A stretch of 64,000 nt of DNA, taken from positions 409,882 to 473,881 of the forward strand of contig CBDCTI010000007.1 of NCBI GenBank assembly GCA_965222025.1, in the 5' to 3' direction. The notes beneath the pieces are model-generated. The model worked only from the letters and a program-made list of their open reading frames with translations. It was not told the origin of the DNA and did not search any database. The position numbers were made by a program, and so were the translations under genes. The DNA is from Dehalococcoidia bacterium. GTDB taxonomy: Bacteria > Chloroflexota > Dehalococcoidia > Lucifugimonadales > UBA3495. Of this stretch, positions 26,185-35,937 are shown one piece after another; position 1 is the first letter of the stretch; every line of letters starts with the position of its first letter.

Positions 26185-27633
26185 ATGATGGATGGCGAAC
26201 CTACAGGTGGGGTGAGGGTCCTAGGAGACCGGCCGGGCGTTGCGGCGGTGAGGTTCGGGCTGCCGCTGCTGGCCTTCGCCGCGGTCCTGCTTGCCGCGAC
26301 TCCCGACGGACTGTCGGGCGAGGGGCAGCGGGCCCTGGCGGTGATGGCACTGGCCGTCGGGTTCTGGGCCACCGGGGCGCTTCCGTTGGTGGTCACCGGC
26401 ATCGCCGCCATGGTCCTGCTCACGCTGGTGGGTGCCGTGCCCGGCATCGAGGAGGCGTTGTACGGATTCTCGCAGCCGGTGCCCTACTTTCTGGTTGGAA
26501 TCCTGACCCTGGGGCTGGGCGTGCAGCAGTCCGGGCTGGCGAACCGGATGGCCGACTACCTGATACGGCTGTCCCGTGGCAGACCGCGGGCGCTTTACGT
26601 TCAGATGCTGGTGGCCTTTGCTGCCTTGACCTTCGCGCTGCCCTCGGCCTCGACGCGAGGCGCGATCCTGGTGCACGTATACGAACAGGTCATGGGGCGG
26701 TGGAATATCGAGCGCCAGCACCCGCTCAACAAGGCGGTCATGATGGCCATGGGGTCTCTCAACCGCCTGGGTTCGACCGCCCTCCTGGCGGGAGGAATCA
26801 CTCCCGTGGTTGCCGCGGCTCTCATTGGGGACTTCTCGTGGACCCGCTGGTTCGTGCTGATGGCGCTGCCATTCTGGTCGATTCTAGTTGTTGGCGGTAT
26901 CGCCGTATTCCTGCTATATCGCTCTGGATTTTCCGGAATCCCCGGTAGCGACGACAACGCTAATGGAGAAGGCGGATCCGGGGCCTTAACGCCGTCCGAG
27001 GTGAAGGCGGGCCTGATCACGTTGGGAGTTGCGCTGCTCTGGTTCACCGACTTCGCACACGGCCTGTCTCCGGCCATCCCGGCGCTGATCGCGATGGTGG
27101 TGATGCTGCTACCCGGCATAGGGCTGCTATCGTGGCGGACCTTTGAGCAGAACCTGGGCTGGAGCAACTTTTTCATCATCGCCACATCGCTGTCCCTTTC
27201 GGGCGCACTGGTGAACAGCGGCGCCGCTGCGTGGTTCGCCAACACGCTGGTTTCGGCGGTTGGCGGCATCGGAGATTCACCTTGGCTCCTGTTCCTGGCG
27301 ATGTCGGGCGCGGCGGCGGCTGTGCGATTTGTGATGCCCAACATCGCGGGGTACCTCGCGTTTATCATCCCCGTGGCCATGTCCACCGGGGAGTCGCTGG
27401 GCCTCAATCCCATGGTCTGCGGCCTGGCGGTAGTCATCATTGGCGATTCCGTGGTCTACTACCCGGCGGCGGCGGCAGGAGCTGTGTTCATCTACCAGCG
27501 GGCGGACCTTTCCTCTCCCGAGGTGCTGCGTACGGGAGTCATCATGACGCTGGTGGCTGTGGCGGTGCTGTTTGCCATCGCTGTCCCCTACTGGTCCCTT
27601 GTAGGAGAGGGACTGGCCGTTGCAGCCGGGTGA
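26185..27633 (+). CDS. SLC13/DASS-family anion:cation symporter
   Basis: ORF track. 482 aa, polytopic. The overall pattern (ALAVMALAVGFWATGALPL..., repeated hairpin-type segments) is typical of the ArsB/NhaD-superfamily DASS permeases. Confidence 0.7.
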   Translation: MMDGEPTGGVRVLGDRPGVAAVRFGLPLLAFAAVLLAATPDGLSGEGQRALAVMALAVGFWATGALPLVVTGIAAMVLLTLVGAVPGIEEALYGFSQPVPYFLVGILTLGLGVQQSGLANRMADYLIRLSRGRPRALYVQMLVAFAALTFALPSASTRGAILVHVYEQVMGRWNIERQHPLNKAVMMAMGSLNRLGSTALLAGGITPVVAAALIGDFSWTRWFVLMALPFWSILVVGGIAVFLLYRSGFSGIPGSDDNANGEGGSGALTPSEVKAGLITLGVALLWFTDFAHGLSPAIPALIAMVVMLLPGIGLLSWRTFEQNLGWSNFFIIATSLSLSGALVNSGAAAWFANTLVSAVGGIGDSPWLLFLAMSGAAAAVRFVMPNIAGYLAFIIPVAMSTGESLGLNPMVCGLAVVIIGDSVVYYPAAAAGAVFIYQRADLSSPEVLRTGVIMTLVAVAVLFAIAVPYWSLVGEGLAVAAG

Positions 27634-27655
27634 GAGTCCCTGGGGGATAGAGGGT

Positions 27656-28126
27656 ATGACAGAAAGCGGCAGTCCTGTTGGGCCCGGAGACGCCATGGAT
27701 GAAGTACCCATGCTTCCGTTGTCGCAACGTTCTGCCCAGCCCGACGTGTACGCCCCGGACGGGTCGGAGATACGCCTGCTGTCGGACGGGCGTCACGGGG
27801 CGAGCAGGAGCAGCGTGGTGGAAGTGACGCTTCCTGCGGGGCAGGTGTCGCGTCCGGTGTATCACAGGACCGTTGAAGAGACCTGGTACATCCTGGAGGG
27901 CCGCGGGCGGGTGTGGCGCTGTCCGCCGGATGCTGATTCGGAGTCGGTGCCTCCGCAGGAGGTTTCGCCCGGGGACGCGCTGGTGATCCCGACGGGCTGG
28001 CGCTTCCAGTTTGCCGCTGCCCCGGATACGCCGCTGCGGTTTCTGTGCCACACCACGCCGCCGTGGCCGGGGGAGGACGAGGCTGTGCCTGCTGACGCAG
28101 GTGGGCTAGGGGAGCCTACGGTTTAG
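27656..28126 (+). CDS. cupin-domain protein
   Basis: ORF 27620..28126, trimmed to ATG 27656 (GAGGG upstream). HRTVEETWYILEGRGRVW...PGDALVIPTGWRFQF is a cupin motif pair. Confidence 0.65.
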   Translation: MTESGSPVGPGDAMDEVPMLPLSQRSAQPDVYAPDGSEIRLLSDGRHGASRSSVVEVTLPAGQVSRPVYHRTVEETWYILEGRGRVWRCPPDADSESVPPQEVSPGDALVIPTGWRFQFAAAPDTPLRFLCHTTPPWPGEDEAVPADAGGLGEPTV

Positions 28127-28320
28127 CTGGGCCGTGGCTTCGGTCTCTTCGGCGTTGGATGACCTATCTCGCGGTTTTAGTCAGCGAATGTTGCGCTGAC
28201 CTGCCCCCAACCTTCTCCGGCCATGCGCCGTGTGACTTCCCGCGGTAGTAACATCCCCCGGCCTCCACTCGCCTCGGTTCCCACTCTCCCATCGGGGAAA
28301 CGCAACTTTTCCTTTGTGAA

Positions 28321-28410
28321 GAATTCGTGATAGAAATACTATGTATGCAATATTTGGTTGATATCATAATATACGATGATATATATTTGTAATTGATAGA
28401 TATTAACTGG
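28321..28410. promoter_or_regulatory. sharply AT-rich tract with reiterated GATA/GATAT words
   Basis: GAATTCGTGATAGAAATACTATGTATGCAATATTTGGTTGATATCATAATATACGATGATATATATTTGTAATTGATAGATATTAAC, in otherwise GC-rich DNA. It ends about 35 nt upstream of the DICT-USP start. Confidence 0.5.
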
Positions 28411-28443
28411 GTTGCGCCCCCAGAAGATACAGGAGGTGGGGCT

Positions 28444-29562
28444 ATGAACTGGATGATTACGGACAACGATATTCTGCTGCGGGACTTCAGCGGAGTCGAG
28501 GGGCTGATCGAGCGGATGGACCGGGAGCTGAGGGACGGCGGCACTCCGATCGAGGGGTTCCGGTTCCTGAGCGACGCCATGGAAATGCTGAGCTTCAGCC
28601 ATGAGATTGAGCAAGAGGTCATGGACAGTCCCCGGGGAGCCGACCTGTACGTCGGGTTTCAGACGACCGAGAAGCTGTTGGGAGAGGCGGAGAGGTACAG
28701 GAGGCTGGTGGAGGCGGGAGTTCGGGTGGTGGCCTTCGGAGAGCGCCCGCTGGAGGAGGCGCCTGAAGGCCTGGAAGGAGCCTGGACTCCACTGGAGCGC
28801 AACGTCCGCGCACTGGAAAACCAGTGGTTCCTGGTGTCTTCCCGCCCGACTCCCATCGCGTTCGCAGGGTGGGAGACCTCGCCGGAAAAGATGTTCGGTC
28901 TGGGCGGGGTGTCGGCACCGGGGAAGCAGTTCCGGGGATTCATCACCAACGACTGCCGGGTGGTGCATGCCGTCATCGCCCACCTGGAGGCGGTGCGTGC
29001 GAGGAGGGCCAGGGCGTGTGATGAGGAGGGGGAAGTGATACGACGGGTCATGGCGGTAACGAGCATGGACGACTCTCCGGAGTACTCGAGGGTGCGGACC
29101 TGTGCGGCAGGACTGGTGGACGCGGTGGGAGGTGAGGTGGTGCTGTTCGAGATATCGGCGGCGTCCTACTTGGTCAGTCCGTACCCCGAGGAAAACCGGC
29201 GGCAATGGATCAGGGCGCTAAGCGAACCCGAGCTGCGTCGGCTGGGACGGTCTGCGGTGGCCAGGCAGATGCAGGCCATCCGGTCTCGCGGGGCCGGAGC
29301 GCAGGCGATCCTGCCGACGGCGCACGGGTTCAGGCACCTGGCGGAGTGGGCGGAGCGTGAGGATGCGGACGCGATCCTGATACCGGTGTCGCTGGTGAAC
29401 CCCGGCCTGTTCGACCGGTTGCGCGGCTATAGCCTGAAGTCGCTCCTGGAGCACACCACGCGACCGGTGCTGGTGGTGTATCCGGACGGCTCGACGTGGC
29501 GCGCCAACCCGGTCGGACAGCCGGGGAGGTCGGAACGGACTCCCGCAGCTCTGGCGGCATAG
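28444..29562 (+). CDS. DICT sensory-domain protein with a C-terminal universal-stress-protein-like domain
   Basis: ORF 28393..29562, trimmed to ATG 28444 (AGGAGG upstream). VGFQTTEKL...RVVAFG...NQWFLVSSRPTPIAFAGWE is DICT-like. ADAILIPVSL...TTRPVLVV is USP-like. Confidence 0.55.
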   Translation: MNWMITDNDILLRDFSGVEGLIERMDRELRDGGTPIEGFRFLSDAMEMLSFSHEIEQEVMDSPRGADLYVGFQTTEKLLGEAERYRRLVEAGVRVVAFGERPLEEAPEGLEGAWTPLERNVRALENQWFLVSSRPTPIAFAGWETSPEKMFGLGGVSAPGKQFRGFITNDCRVVHAVIAHLEAVRARRARACDEEGEVIRRVMAVTSMDDSPEYSRVRTCAAGLVDAVGGEVVLFEISAASYLVSPYPEENRRQWIRALSEPELRRLGRSAVARQMQAIRSRGAGAQAILPTAHGFRHLAEWAEREDADAILIPVSLVNPGLFDRLRGYSLKSLLEHTTRPVLVVYPDGSTWRANPVGQPGRSERTPAALAA

Positions 29563-29600
29563 GCGATAGATGTGTGGGGAAGTGCGGGGTGGCTTCGTCG

Positions 29601-29634
29601 GCTCCCTCTCCCGAAAGGGAGGGGGAGCTTTTCT
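29601..29634. terminator. intrinsic terminator between convergent genes
   Basis: GCTCCCTCTCCC-GAAA-GGGAGGGGGAGC followed by TTTTCTT. Confidence 0.7.
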
Positions 29635-29645
29635 TGGGGGGGGAG

Positions 29646-30344
29646 TTATTCGGTTTCCATATAGCGTTCTGGGATCTGGTACCAGTACACGGTGCCTGCG
29701 TCGATCAAGGCTGTTACTTCGCTGACGTTCCGTACGCTGGCGACGACCGGTATGGAACGGTGGCCAGTGAACTCTGTCAGGAGTCTGGCGTTGCGCTGAG
29801 CACGGTCGGAATCGCGGAGGTCTCCGGTGTAGGAGGCCTCCATGGCGATGTAGACGGTTCCCGAGTCGTCCCTGGCTTCCACAACCAGGTCTGCGGTCCT
29901 GAAACTGAAGAGTTCGTTTCGGGGCATGTTGGGGCTTGAAGTTTTGGCCATACGGATCAAGTCAGGTTCAGTGAGGGTCCGCACAAAGTCAATATTCATG
30001 TCAAGGGTGATGCTTTCCGCTCCCCTTAGTGCGGACCAGCGTGCGGGCGCGGCCTTGACGGTGGCCATGTCATTTTCTTGTCTAGTCATGCGGGTCTCGA
30101 TCCTTGCCTGCCCGGCCTCCAGCCTGGCTTGGCCATCTTCCAAGCGTGTTTGGCCGGCCTTTAAGGCCGATATGTCGGATTCGACTCGTTTGTTGACCTG
30201 CCTCTGCTCGTCAACGAAGGCGTTGAACCGCGTGGGAAGTTGCATTAGTTCCTCGCCCAGGATCAGGGCGCGCACGGCTTCCTTCCACTCCGGGTTCTCC
30301 CGGAGGGCGCGGAGGAAGTCTTCCTGACTGTTGATGGTGGTCAT
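29646..30344 (-). CDS. coiled-coil protein (DUF3782-like) with a possible degenerate PD-(D/E)xK-like C-terminal domain
   Basis: ORF track. Heptad-like KAGQTRLEDGQARLEAGQARIETRM. The C-terminal ADLVVEARDDSGTVYIAMEASYTGDL has a D...E-x-S arrangement. Confidence 0.4.
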   Translation of the reverse strand: MTTINSQEDFLRALRENPEWKEAVRALILGEELMQLPTRFNAFVDEQRQVNKRVESDISALKAGQTRLEDGQARLEAGQARIETRMTRQENDMATVKAAPARWSALRGAESITLDMNIDFVRTLTEPDLIRMAKTSSPNMPRNELFSFRTADLVVEARDDSGTVYIAMEASYTGDLRDSDRAQRNARLLTEFTGHRSIPVVASVRNVSEVTALIDAGTVYWYQIPERYMETE

Positions 30345-30512
30345 GGGTCACGGCCTTGGTGGGCATTCTATGGGTGAGGGAGAAGGATTGGCAATTTGGG
30401 CTAATGGATATGAAGACAGCGTGTGGGCTCCGAGTTGGAGCCTGAATGGGAAACGGGCCGGAAATGAAATGGAAACCGATGCGCAAAAATGATATAAATT
30501 AGATAGGGAAAA

Positions 30513-31769
30513 GTGAAATCAGTTGGAAATGAAAGCGAAATGACCGCTGCCCACGTCTACCATTATGTCTCATCTAGCCGGTGGATTCACTACGATGGAG
30601 GCGCTATTTTCGAGCAGCTAATCGCAGCGAGAACTGCCTCTGGAGTGCTGAGCCAGTTGCCCTATTTATCCCAGTGGATTGAAACAGTGCATCAGGAGCA
30701 ACTCCGGTTGGAAGCTGCAGGAACCTCCCGCATTGAAGGTGCGGAATTCACACCCCAAGAAGAGAGTGAAGCCCTAGCCCCTGCCGCAGCCAACCGCACT
30801 GATTTGACTTATTCTCAGCGGCAACTGCGGTCTGCAGAAGCTACCTACCAATGGATAGCATGCCAGGCTGCGGAACGACCCGTCAACTGGGAATTCGTGC
30901 TGGAAGTGCATCGCCGGATTGTTACGGGGTGCGATGATGACCACTGCGAACCTGGGGCACTTCGAGGATACGATCACAACGTTAACTTCGGAACGCCTCG
31001 TTGCCGGGGAGTCGAGGGTGGAGACGAGTGCCGCGATGCTTTCGACGCTCTGGTGGGTGCCGTTGCCGGCGAATTTCAGGCCCATGACCCCATTATCCAG
31101 GCCATGGCTGTCCATTATCATGTAGGCGCCATGCATCCATTCGGCGACGGAAATGGTCGAACCGCCCGGGCCATCGAAGCATTCATGCTCAAGAAAGCAG
31201 GCGTTAACGGCCGCGTAATGGTCAGCTTGTCAAACTACTACCACGGTTACAAAGAGAAATATCTGGGTGCTCTATTCGAATCCCGAGAGAGAGGCCACGA
31301 CCTAACTCCGTTTTTGCAGTTTGCCCTTCCGTCCGTAACCGAACGATGCAATGCCGTGGCGGGAGAAATACTAGCTCATCACAAAAGGATATTGTTCAAG
31401 GAGTTTGCCCGTTCGTTGTTCGGGCAACTCCGGAGCCCACGCCGGAGGGTTCTGGCTGAACGGCAGCTGAAAATGCTGGATACTCTATTGGGCAGCGGAC
31501 CAGTCGGGTTGCGAGAACTCATCGCTAATACTCAGGCAAACTACCGGGAACTCAAATACGGTTTAAGGGCGCACGTAAGAGATGTGGCCGGGCTAATCGA
31601 ATTGGAGGCTGTGGCGTTTAAGGGTGATCTAATCCAGGCAAACTTGGAATGGCCGGAACAGTTTTCTCAATCTGAACTTTTGGAGCGGTATGAAAACATG
31701 CCTTCTGCCGTATCCACAAATCATCCAGCCATGGCGGACTTATCGAGGCTGTTGGGGCGCAGCAATTGA
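30513..31769 (+). CDS. Fic-family protein (AMPylase-type) with an N-terminal inhibitory helix motif
   Basis: ORF track. The HPFGDGNGRTAR core matches HxFx(D/E)GNGRxxR, and TSRIEG matches the (S/T)xxxE(G/N) inhibitory motif. The start may instead be ATG 30540. Confidence 0.85.
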   Translation: MKSVGNESEMTAAHVYHYVSSSRWIHYDGGAIFEQLIAARTASGVLSQLPYLSQWIETVHQEQLRLEAAGTSRIEGAEFTPQEESEALAPAAANRTDLTYSQRQLRSAEATYQWIACQAAERPVNWEFVLEVHRRIVTGCDDDHCEPGALRGYDHNVNFGTPRCRGVEGGDECRDAFDALVGAVAGEFQAHDPIIQAMAVHYHVGAMHPFGDGNGRTARAIEAFMLKKAGVNGRVMVSLSNYYHGYKEKYLGALFESRERGHDLTPFLQFALPSVTERCNAVAGEILAHHKRILFKEFARSLFGQLRSPRRRVLAERQLKMLDTLLGSGPVGLRELIANTQANYRELKYGLRAHVRDVAGLIELEAVAFKGDLIQANLEWPEQFSQSELLERYENMPSAVSTNHPAMADLSRLLGRSN

Positions 31770-31894
31770 TCTTACCAGCGTAGTTCTGCCCAACCTTTCT
31801 AGGGCAGAGATAGCCAAGAGTTCGTATCACCCCACCCCGTCCATCCCCCTTCCTTGGTATACTGTCGGCGGTTTTTGTGGCTGGAGGTTTTGGC

Positions 31895-32989
31895 TTGGAG
31901 TTTCGGATTGCGGTCATGGGGGGCGACGGGATCGGGCCGGAGGTTACGGACCAGGGGGTTCGGGCGATGGAGGCCGTGGGGTCGGCGTTCGGGCATTCGT
32001 TTGAGCTTTCGTATGGGGATATCGGCGGGATTTCGATCGACAAGCACGGCATCCCCTTCACCGACAAGGTGCGGGCGATGTCGGGGGATAACGACGCTGT
32101 GCTGTTCGGCGCCGTGGGCGGCCCCAAGTGGGACGACCCCAACGCCACGGTGCGCCCGGAGCAGGGCCTGCTGGACATCCGGGCCCACATGGGAGTATTT
32201 GCGAACATTCGGCCGGTCAAGGTCTACCCGTGGCTGGCCGACGCCAGCCCGCTGAAGGCCGATGTCCTGAAGGGTGTTGACATGGTGGTGGTGCGCGAGC
32301 TGACCGGAGGCCTGTATTACGCCGAACCCCGGGGCCGTCGCGAGACACCGGGCGGGATCATCGCCGAGGACACCATGCGCTACACCGAGGGCGAGATCGA
32401 GCGGGTGCTGCGCGTGGGCTTTGAGCTGGCGCGGGTACGTCGCAAGAAACTGACCTCGGTGGACAAGGCCAACGTGCTGGAGTGCTCGCGGCTGTGGCGC
32501 ACGGTGGCGACGCGGCTGGGTCAAGAGTACCCGGATGTGAAACTGGAGCATGTGCTGGTGGACGCCTGTGCCATGCAGCTCATACAGGTTCCGTCGCGGT
32601 TCGACGTCATCGTCGCAGAGAACACCTTTGGGGACATCTTGACCGACGAGGCCTCGGTGCTGGGGGCATCTATGGGTATGTTGCCATCGGCCAGCCTGGC
32701 GGGCGTGCCTGCAGAGGGGAGGCCGTCTGTAGGAATGTACGAGCCGATCCATGGAACGGCGCCGGACATAGCGGGCAAAGGCATCGCAAATCCCATCGGC
32801 TCCATCCTCAGCATGGCCATGATGCTGCGCTACTCGCTGGCGTTGACCGAAGAGGCCGCCGCGGTGGAGCGGGCCGTGGAGCAGACGCTGGAGGGCGGGA
32901 TGCGCACCGCCGACATCGCGGGCGGTGGGGGCTCCGTCGGAACCGTTGAGATGGGCGACCGCATCGTCGGGGCCATCGAGCGGGGGTAG
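31895..32989 (+). CDS. leuB: 3-isopropylmalate dehydrogenase
   Basis: ORF 31877..32989. TTG 31895 with GGAGG 7 nt upstream is preferred as the start. IAVMGGDGIGPEV...LFGAVGGPKWD...NTFGDILTDEAS. Confidence 0.9.
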   Translation: MEFRIAVMGGDGIGPEVTDQGVRAMEAVGSAFGHSFELSYGDIGGISIDKHGIPFTDKVRAMSGDNDAVLFGAVGGPKWDDPNATVRPEQGLLDIRAHMGVFANIRPVKVYPWLADASPLKADVLKGVDMVVVRELTGGLYYAEPRGRRETPGGIIAEDTMRYTEGEIERVLRVGFELARVRRKKLTSVDKANVLECSRLWRTVATRLGQEYPDVKLEHVLVDACAMQLIQVPSRFDVIVAENTFGDILTDEASVLGASMGMLPSASLAGVPAEGRPSVGMYEPIHGTAPDIAGKGIANPIGSILSMAMMLRYSLALTEEAAAVERAVEQTLEGGMRTADIAGGGGSVGTVEMGDRIVGAIERG

Positions 32990-33101
32990 CCGGGGGATTG
33001 GATAATTCGAGGGCGCAGAGACTGGGAAATTGGGACTCTGCGCCTTCTGCGTTTAAGCTTTCCGGGTTTAATCGAGGCGGGGTTAATCAAGGGTCGAAGA
33101 A

Positions 33102-34217
33102 ATGATTGAATTTTCCAGCTTGTGGGTAGCCATCCTGGTGTTCCTGGGAAGTGCCGGCGCCGTGATTCTCTTCGGGATTCGCTTGGCGGTCTACGGTGAC
33201 GCCCTGGCCACGCTGACCGGATGGGGACGGCTGTTCGTGGGCAGTATTCTCGTGGCCCTGGCGACCTCCCTGCCGGAGCTGGCTACCAATATCACTGCGG
33301 TCAGCCTGGTTTCGCCGCCCAACCCGGGCCTGGCCTTCGGCAACGTGGTGGGAGCCAACATGCTCAACATGTTCACCTTCGCGGCCGTGGCGCTGGCATT
33401 CGGCGGCAAGCTGTTCCTGGAGCGCGTGGCTCCGGAGCAGGGCTACCTTGTCGTCACCGCTGTCGTGCTGACCTCGCTGGCCCTGATTTTCGGGGCATGG
33501 AAGCTGGAGACTGCCGCCTTCAAGATAGGCCTGACCTCGCTGATCATACTTGTCGTCTTCGTGGTGGGCATGTATGTCGTGTACAAGACCCGTCCCGCCG
33601 GAGGGGATGATGAGGAAGGGGATGCCGGGATGAGCCTGGCCAAGGCGTGGCTGATGTTCGCGATGGTGTCGGGGGGTGTGATTATCTCGGGCTACTTCCT
33701 GGGGGTGAGCACCGACAGCATTGCCGAGATCACCGGCATCTCGTCGGGCACGCTGGGCATCCTGCTGGTGTCGCTGGTTACGACGATGCCTGAGGCGTCG
33801 TCGACCATTGCGGCAGCGCGGCTGGGGGCCTTCGACCTGGGCGTGGCAGGGCTGTACGGCAGCTGCGCCTTCAACGTAACCATCCTGTTCTACGCCGATA
33901 TCTTCTATCGCGGCGGTGAAGTGGTGGAGGGCACCGGCCTGGGCGTGGACAATGTGGCAATTCTGCTCAACCGTCCCCAGCCAGAGCACTTCCTGGCCGG
34001 CACCGTGGCAATCGTGCTGATGATGATCGGGCTGGCACTGATCATGGCGAGGAACCGCATCCCGCAGCTGGTGGCCCGGACCGGCCTGTCCATCATGGCC
34101 ATTTGCTACTTGGCGGCGGCCATTGGCGTGGGGTACCTGGGCAGTGCGGACACGGGAGACGACGAGGAGGCACGTCTGAGCGGCGAGTACGCGGAGATGG
34201 TTGAGCGGGAGGGGTAG
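33102..34217 (+). CDS. CaCA-family cation/calcium antiporter (YrbG-like)
   Basis: ORF track. Alpha-repeat motif GNVVGANMLNM and a polytopic membrane profile. Confidence 0.75.
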   Translation: MIEFSSLWVAILVFLGSAGAVILFGIRLAVYGDALATLTGWGRLFVGSILVALATSLPELATNITAVSLVSPPNPGLAFGNVVGANMLNMFTFAAVALAFGGKLFLERVAPEQGYLVVTAVVLTSLALIFGAWKLETAAFKIGLTSLIILVVFVVGMYVVYKTRPAGGDDEEGDAGMSLAKAWLMFAMVSGGVIISGYFLGVSTDSIAEITGISSGTLGILLVSLVTTMPEASSTIAAARLGAFDLGVAGLYGSCAFNVTILFYADIFYRGGEVVEGTGLGVDNVAILLNRPQPEHFLAGTVAIVLMMIGLALIMARNRIPQLVARTGLSIMAICYLAAAIGVGYLGSADTGDDEEARLSGEYAEMVEREG

Positions 34218-34261
34218 AATAGAGCAGTAGAGATGGTCACGACAGTTCCTGGAGAGTCGGG

Positions 34262-34657
34262 ATGGTAGCGACCGACGAAGTAAGAGAGATTTTCGCTGAC
34301 GCCTATTCGATGTACGATAGCGCAATCGAACGATGGGCAGCGGGTGATGTGCGCGATGCTGCTGAGAAGGCGTGGTGCGCAACCCTTCGCGCGACCAACG
34401 CCCTCATCCATGCGCGTACCGACGACGAACCGGAAATTACGACGGAAACAGCACGTCGTCTGGATCGGTTGGTGCGCCAGGATGAAAGAGCCCGAAGTTT
34501 GGTGGGCAGGTATTACTCCCGTCAGGTTCGTTTGCATGGGGACTGTTTCTATTTGGGAATACTCTCGGATGTGGACGAAATCGAACGGCGCATACGGGAA
34601 ACCATCGATTACATTCGAGACGCCGAGGTCTTGGCATTTGACGACGCTGTGCAGTAG
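34262..34657 (+). CDS. PaREP1-like HEPN-superfamily protein (putative RNase), paralogue 2
   Basis: ORF track. AAEKAWCATLRATNAL and RQVRLH (R-x4-H). Collinear with 4246..4635. Confidence 0.6.
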   Translation: MVATDEVREIFADAYSMYDSAIERWAAGDVRDAAEKAWCATLRATNALIHARTDDEPEITTETARRLDRLVRQDERARSLVGRYYSRQVRLHGDCFYLGILSDVDEIERRIRETIDYIRDAEVLAFDDAVQ

Positions 34658-34660
34658 CCG

Positions 34661-35149
34661 CTAGACCGCCTCGCCCTCGTAGCTGGCTATCTGTACGAAC
34701 CCCTCTTCTTCGTCGGACCAAGCAAACAACGCCGCCCCTTCCACCCGGGTTTCCGTTATCCCCACCACAAGCTGCTGTACCGGATAGGCGGGGCCATCAC
34801 CCCAGGGGCTGGTGGCAACTTCCCGGTCGGTTGGCGAGAAGTAGGCCCGGCCGTTGGGGTGGGAGTGAAAGATTACCTTGGCTGGTGCGTCGCTATCCAG
34901 GCTCTGGTTCAGGGAAAGCAAGTCGCTGCCGGTGATGACGTAAGCAGTTTCGGCGCCGCGGGCCGCCTGAGTGGGGTGGGTACCCGAAGCCTGAGCGTTT
35001 TCGCAACTCCGGATGGCGTCGACCATCGGGCGATCCGCAGGGCCGGCGAGCCAGCCACAACACTCAAATGGGAAAGCTCTGCGGGCCTCCAGGAAAACCT
35101 CGGCGAGAACCTGGGCAGGTATGTCCAGGGGTGTTAGCGAATCGGCCAT
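34661..35149 (-). CDS. JAMM/MPN+ metalloprotease
   Basis: ORF track. ECCGWL (catalytic Glu region) and HSHPNGRAYFSPTD (HxHx7Sx2D JAMM motif). Confidence 0.8.
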   Translation of the reverse strand: MADSLTPLDIPAQVLAEVFLEARRAFPFECCGWLAGPADRPMVDAIRSCENAQASGTHPTQAARGAETAYVITGSDLLSLNQSLDSDAPAKVIFHSHPNGRAYFSPTDREVATSPWGDGPAYPVQQLVVGITETRVEGAALFAWSDEEEGFVQIASYEGEAV

Positions 35150-35217
35150 TTGAAGGCTCCTTACAGCGCGGGTAGGTGCAGCGGGCTAAGATCTCCCATC
35201 CCGCTGGCGTAATAGCC

Positions 35218-35670
35218 TCATTCGGTGCGCCCTCGGGCGTACTCGTAGACAGCGGCTTCCTGTTCCGGAGTCTGGATGGAGCCGGGACGGCGGCGGCGTA
35301 CCTCGTCGATGGCGTCGGCGGGTCCGAAGCCGCGGGTGACGAGGTAGCAGGCCAGCACCGTTCCAGTGCGGCCGATGCCGGCGTAGCAACTGACGACCAC
35401 GGGGCGCTGGCTTCGGACTGCCTGCTCGTCGATGAAGTCGATCATTCGCTGGATCTGGTCCTGGTCGGGGGGCGTGAAGTCGCGGACCGGCATGAACATG
35501 TCGACAATGTCGATGTAGCCGCCAGTGTTGGCCGGGATAGTGCGCTCTTCCATCCGTATTACGGCTCGCACCCCCTGCTGGTGCAGGAAGAACAGGTCCT
35601 GCAGGTTGACGGGACCCTGGGACCCGGCCAACTCGTTATCCAGCACCCAGCCGAAGTTCATGTACTGCAT
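35218..35670 (-). CDS. dual-specificity (Cys-based) protein phosphatase
   Basis: ORF track. VVSCYAGIGRTG is the CX5R P-loop. Confidence 0.8.
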   Translation of the reverse strand: MQYMNFGWVLDNELAGSQGPVNLQDLFFLHQQGVRAVIRMEERTIPANTGGYIDIVDMFMPVRDFTPPDQDQIQRMIDFIDEQAVRSQRPVVVSCYAGIGRTGTVLACYLVTRGFGPADAIDEVRRRRPGSIQTPEQEAAVYEYARGRTE

Positions 35671-35697
35671 CTGCGTGTCCCGTTCCTGTGTTCCCGA

Positions 35698-35937
35698 CTA
35701 TTCACTGGTTAGCTCCACCTGAAGATCGAGGCGCTGGGCCACTTCACCGCGGGTGAGGCCGTCCACAGCCACCACCTTGTCGCGGGAAGTGGAAGTGTGG
35801 CCGCGGACCAAGTAGAGCCTTGACTTGGAAACGCCCAGTGTGTCCGCTAGAAGCTCCAGCATGGCCGCGTTGGCCTTTCCTTCGTGGGGCGGCGCGGAGA
35901 CGCTGATTCTCAGTGTGCCATTGCGGTAGCCGAGCAC
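35698..35937 (-). CDS. DUF167 (YggU) family protein; the N-terminus probably extends upstream
   Basis: ORF track. APPHEGKANAAMLELLADTLGVSKSRLYLVRGHTSTSRDKVV. The conserved first strand (ISIRVQPRASGDR) lies upstream of the GTG, in a stretch with no canonical start codon. Confidence 0.65.
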   Translation of the reverse strand: MLGYRNGTLRISVSAPPHEGKANAAMLELLADTLGVSKSRLYLVRGHTSTSRDKVVAVDGLTRGEVAQRLDLQVELTSE

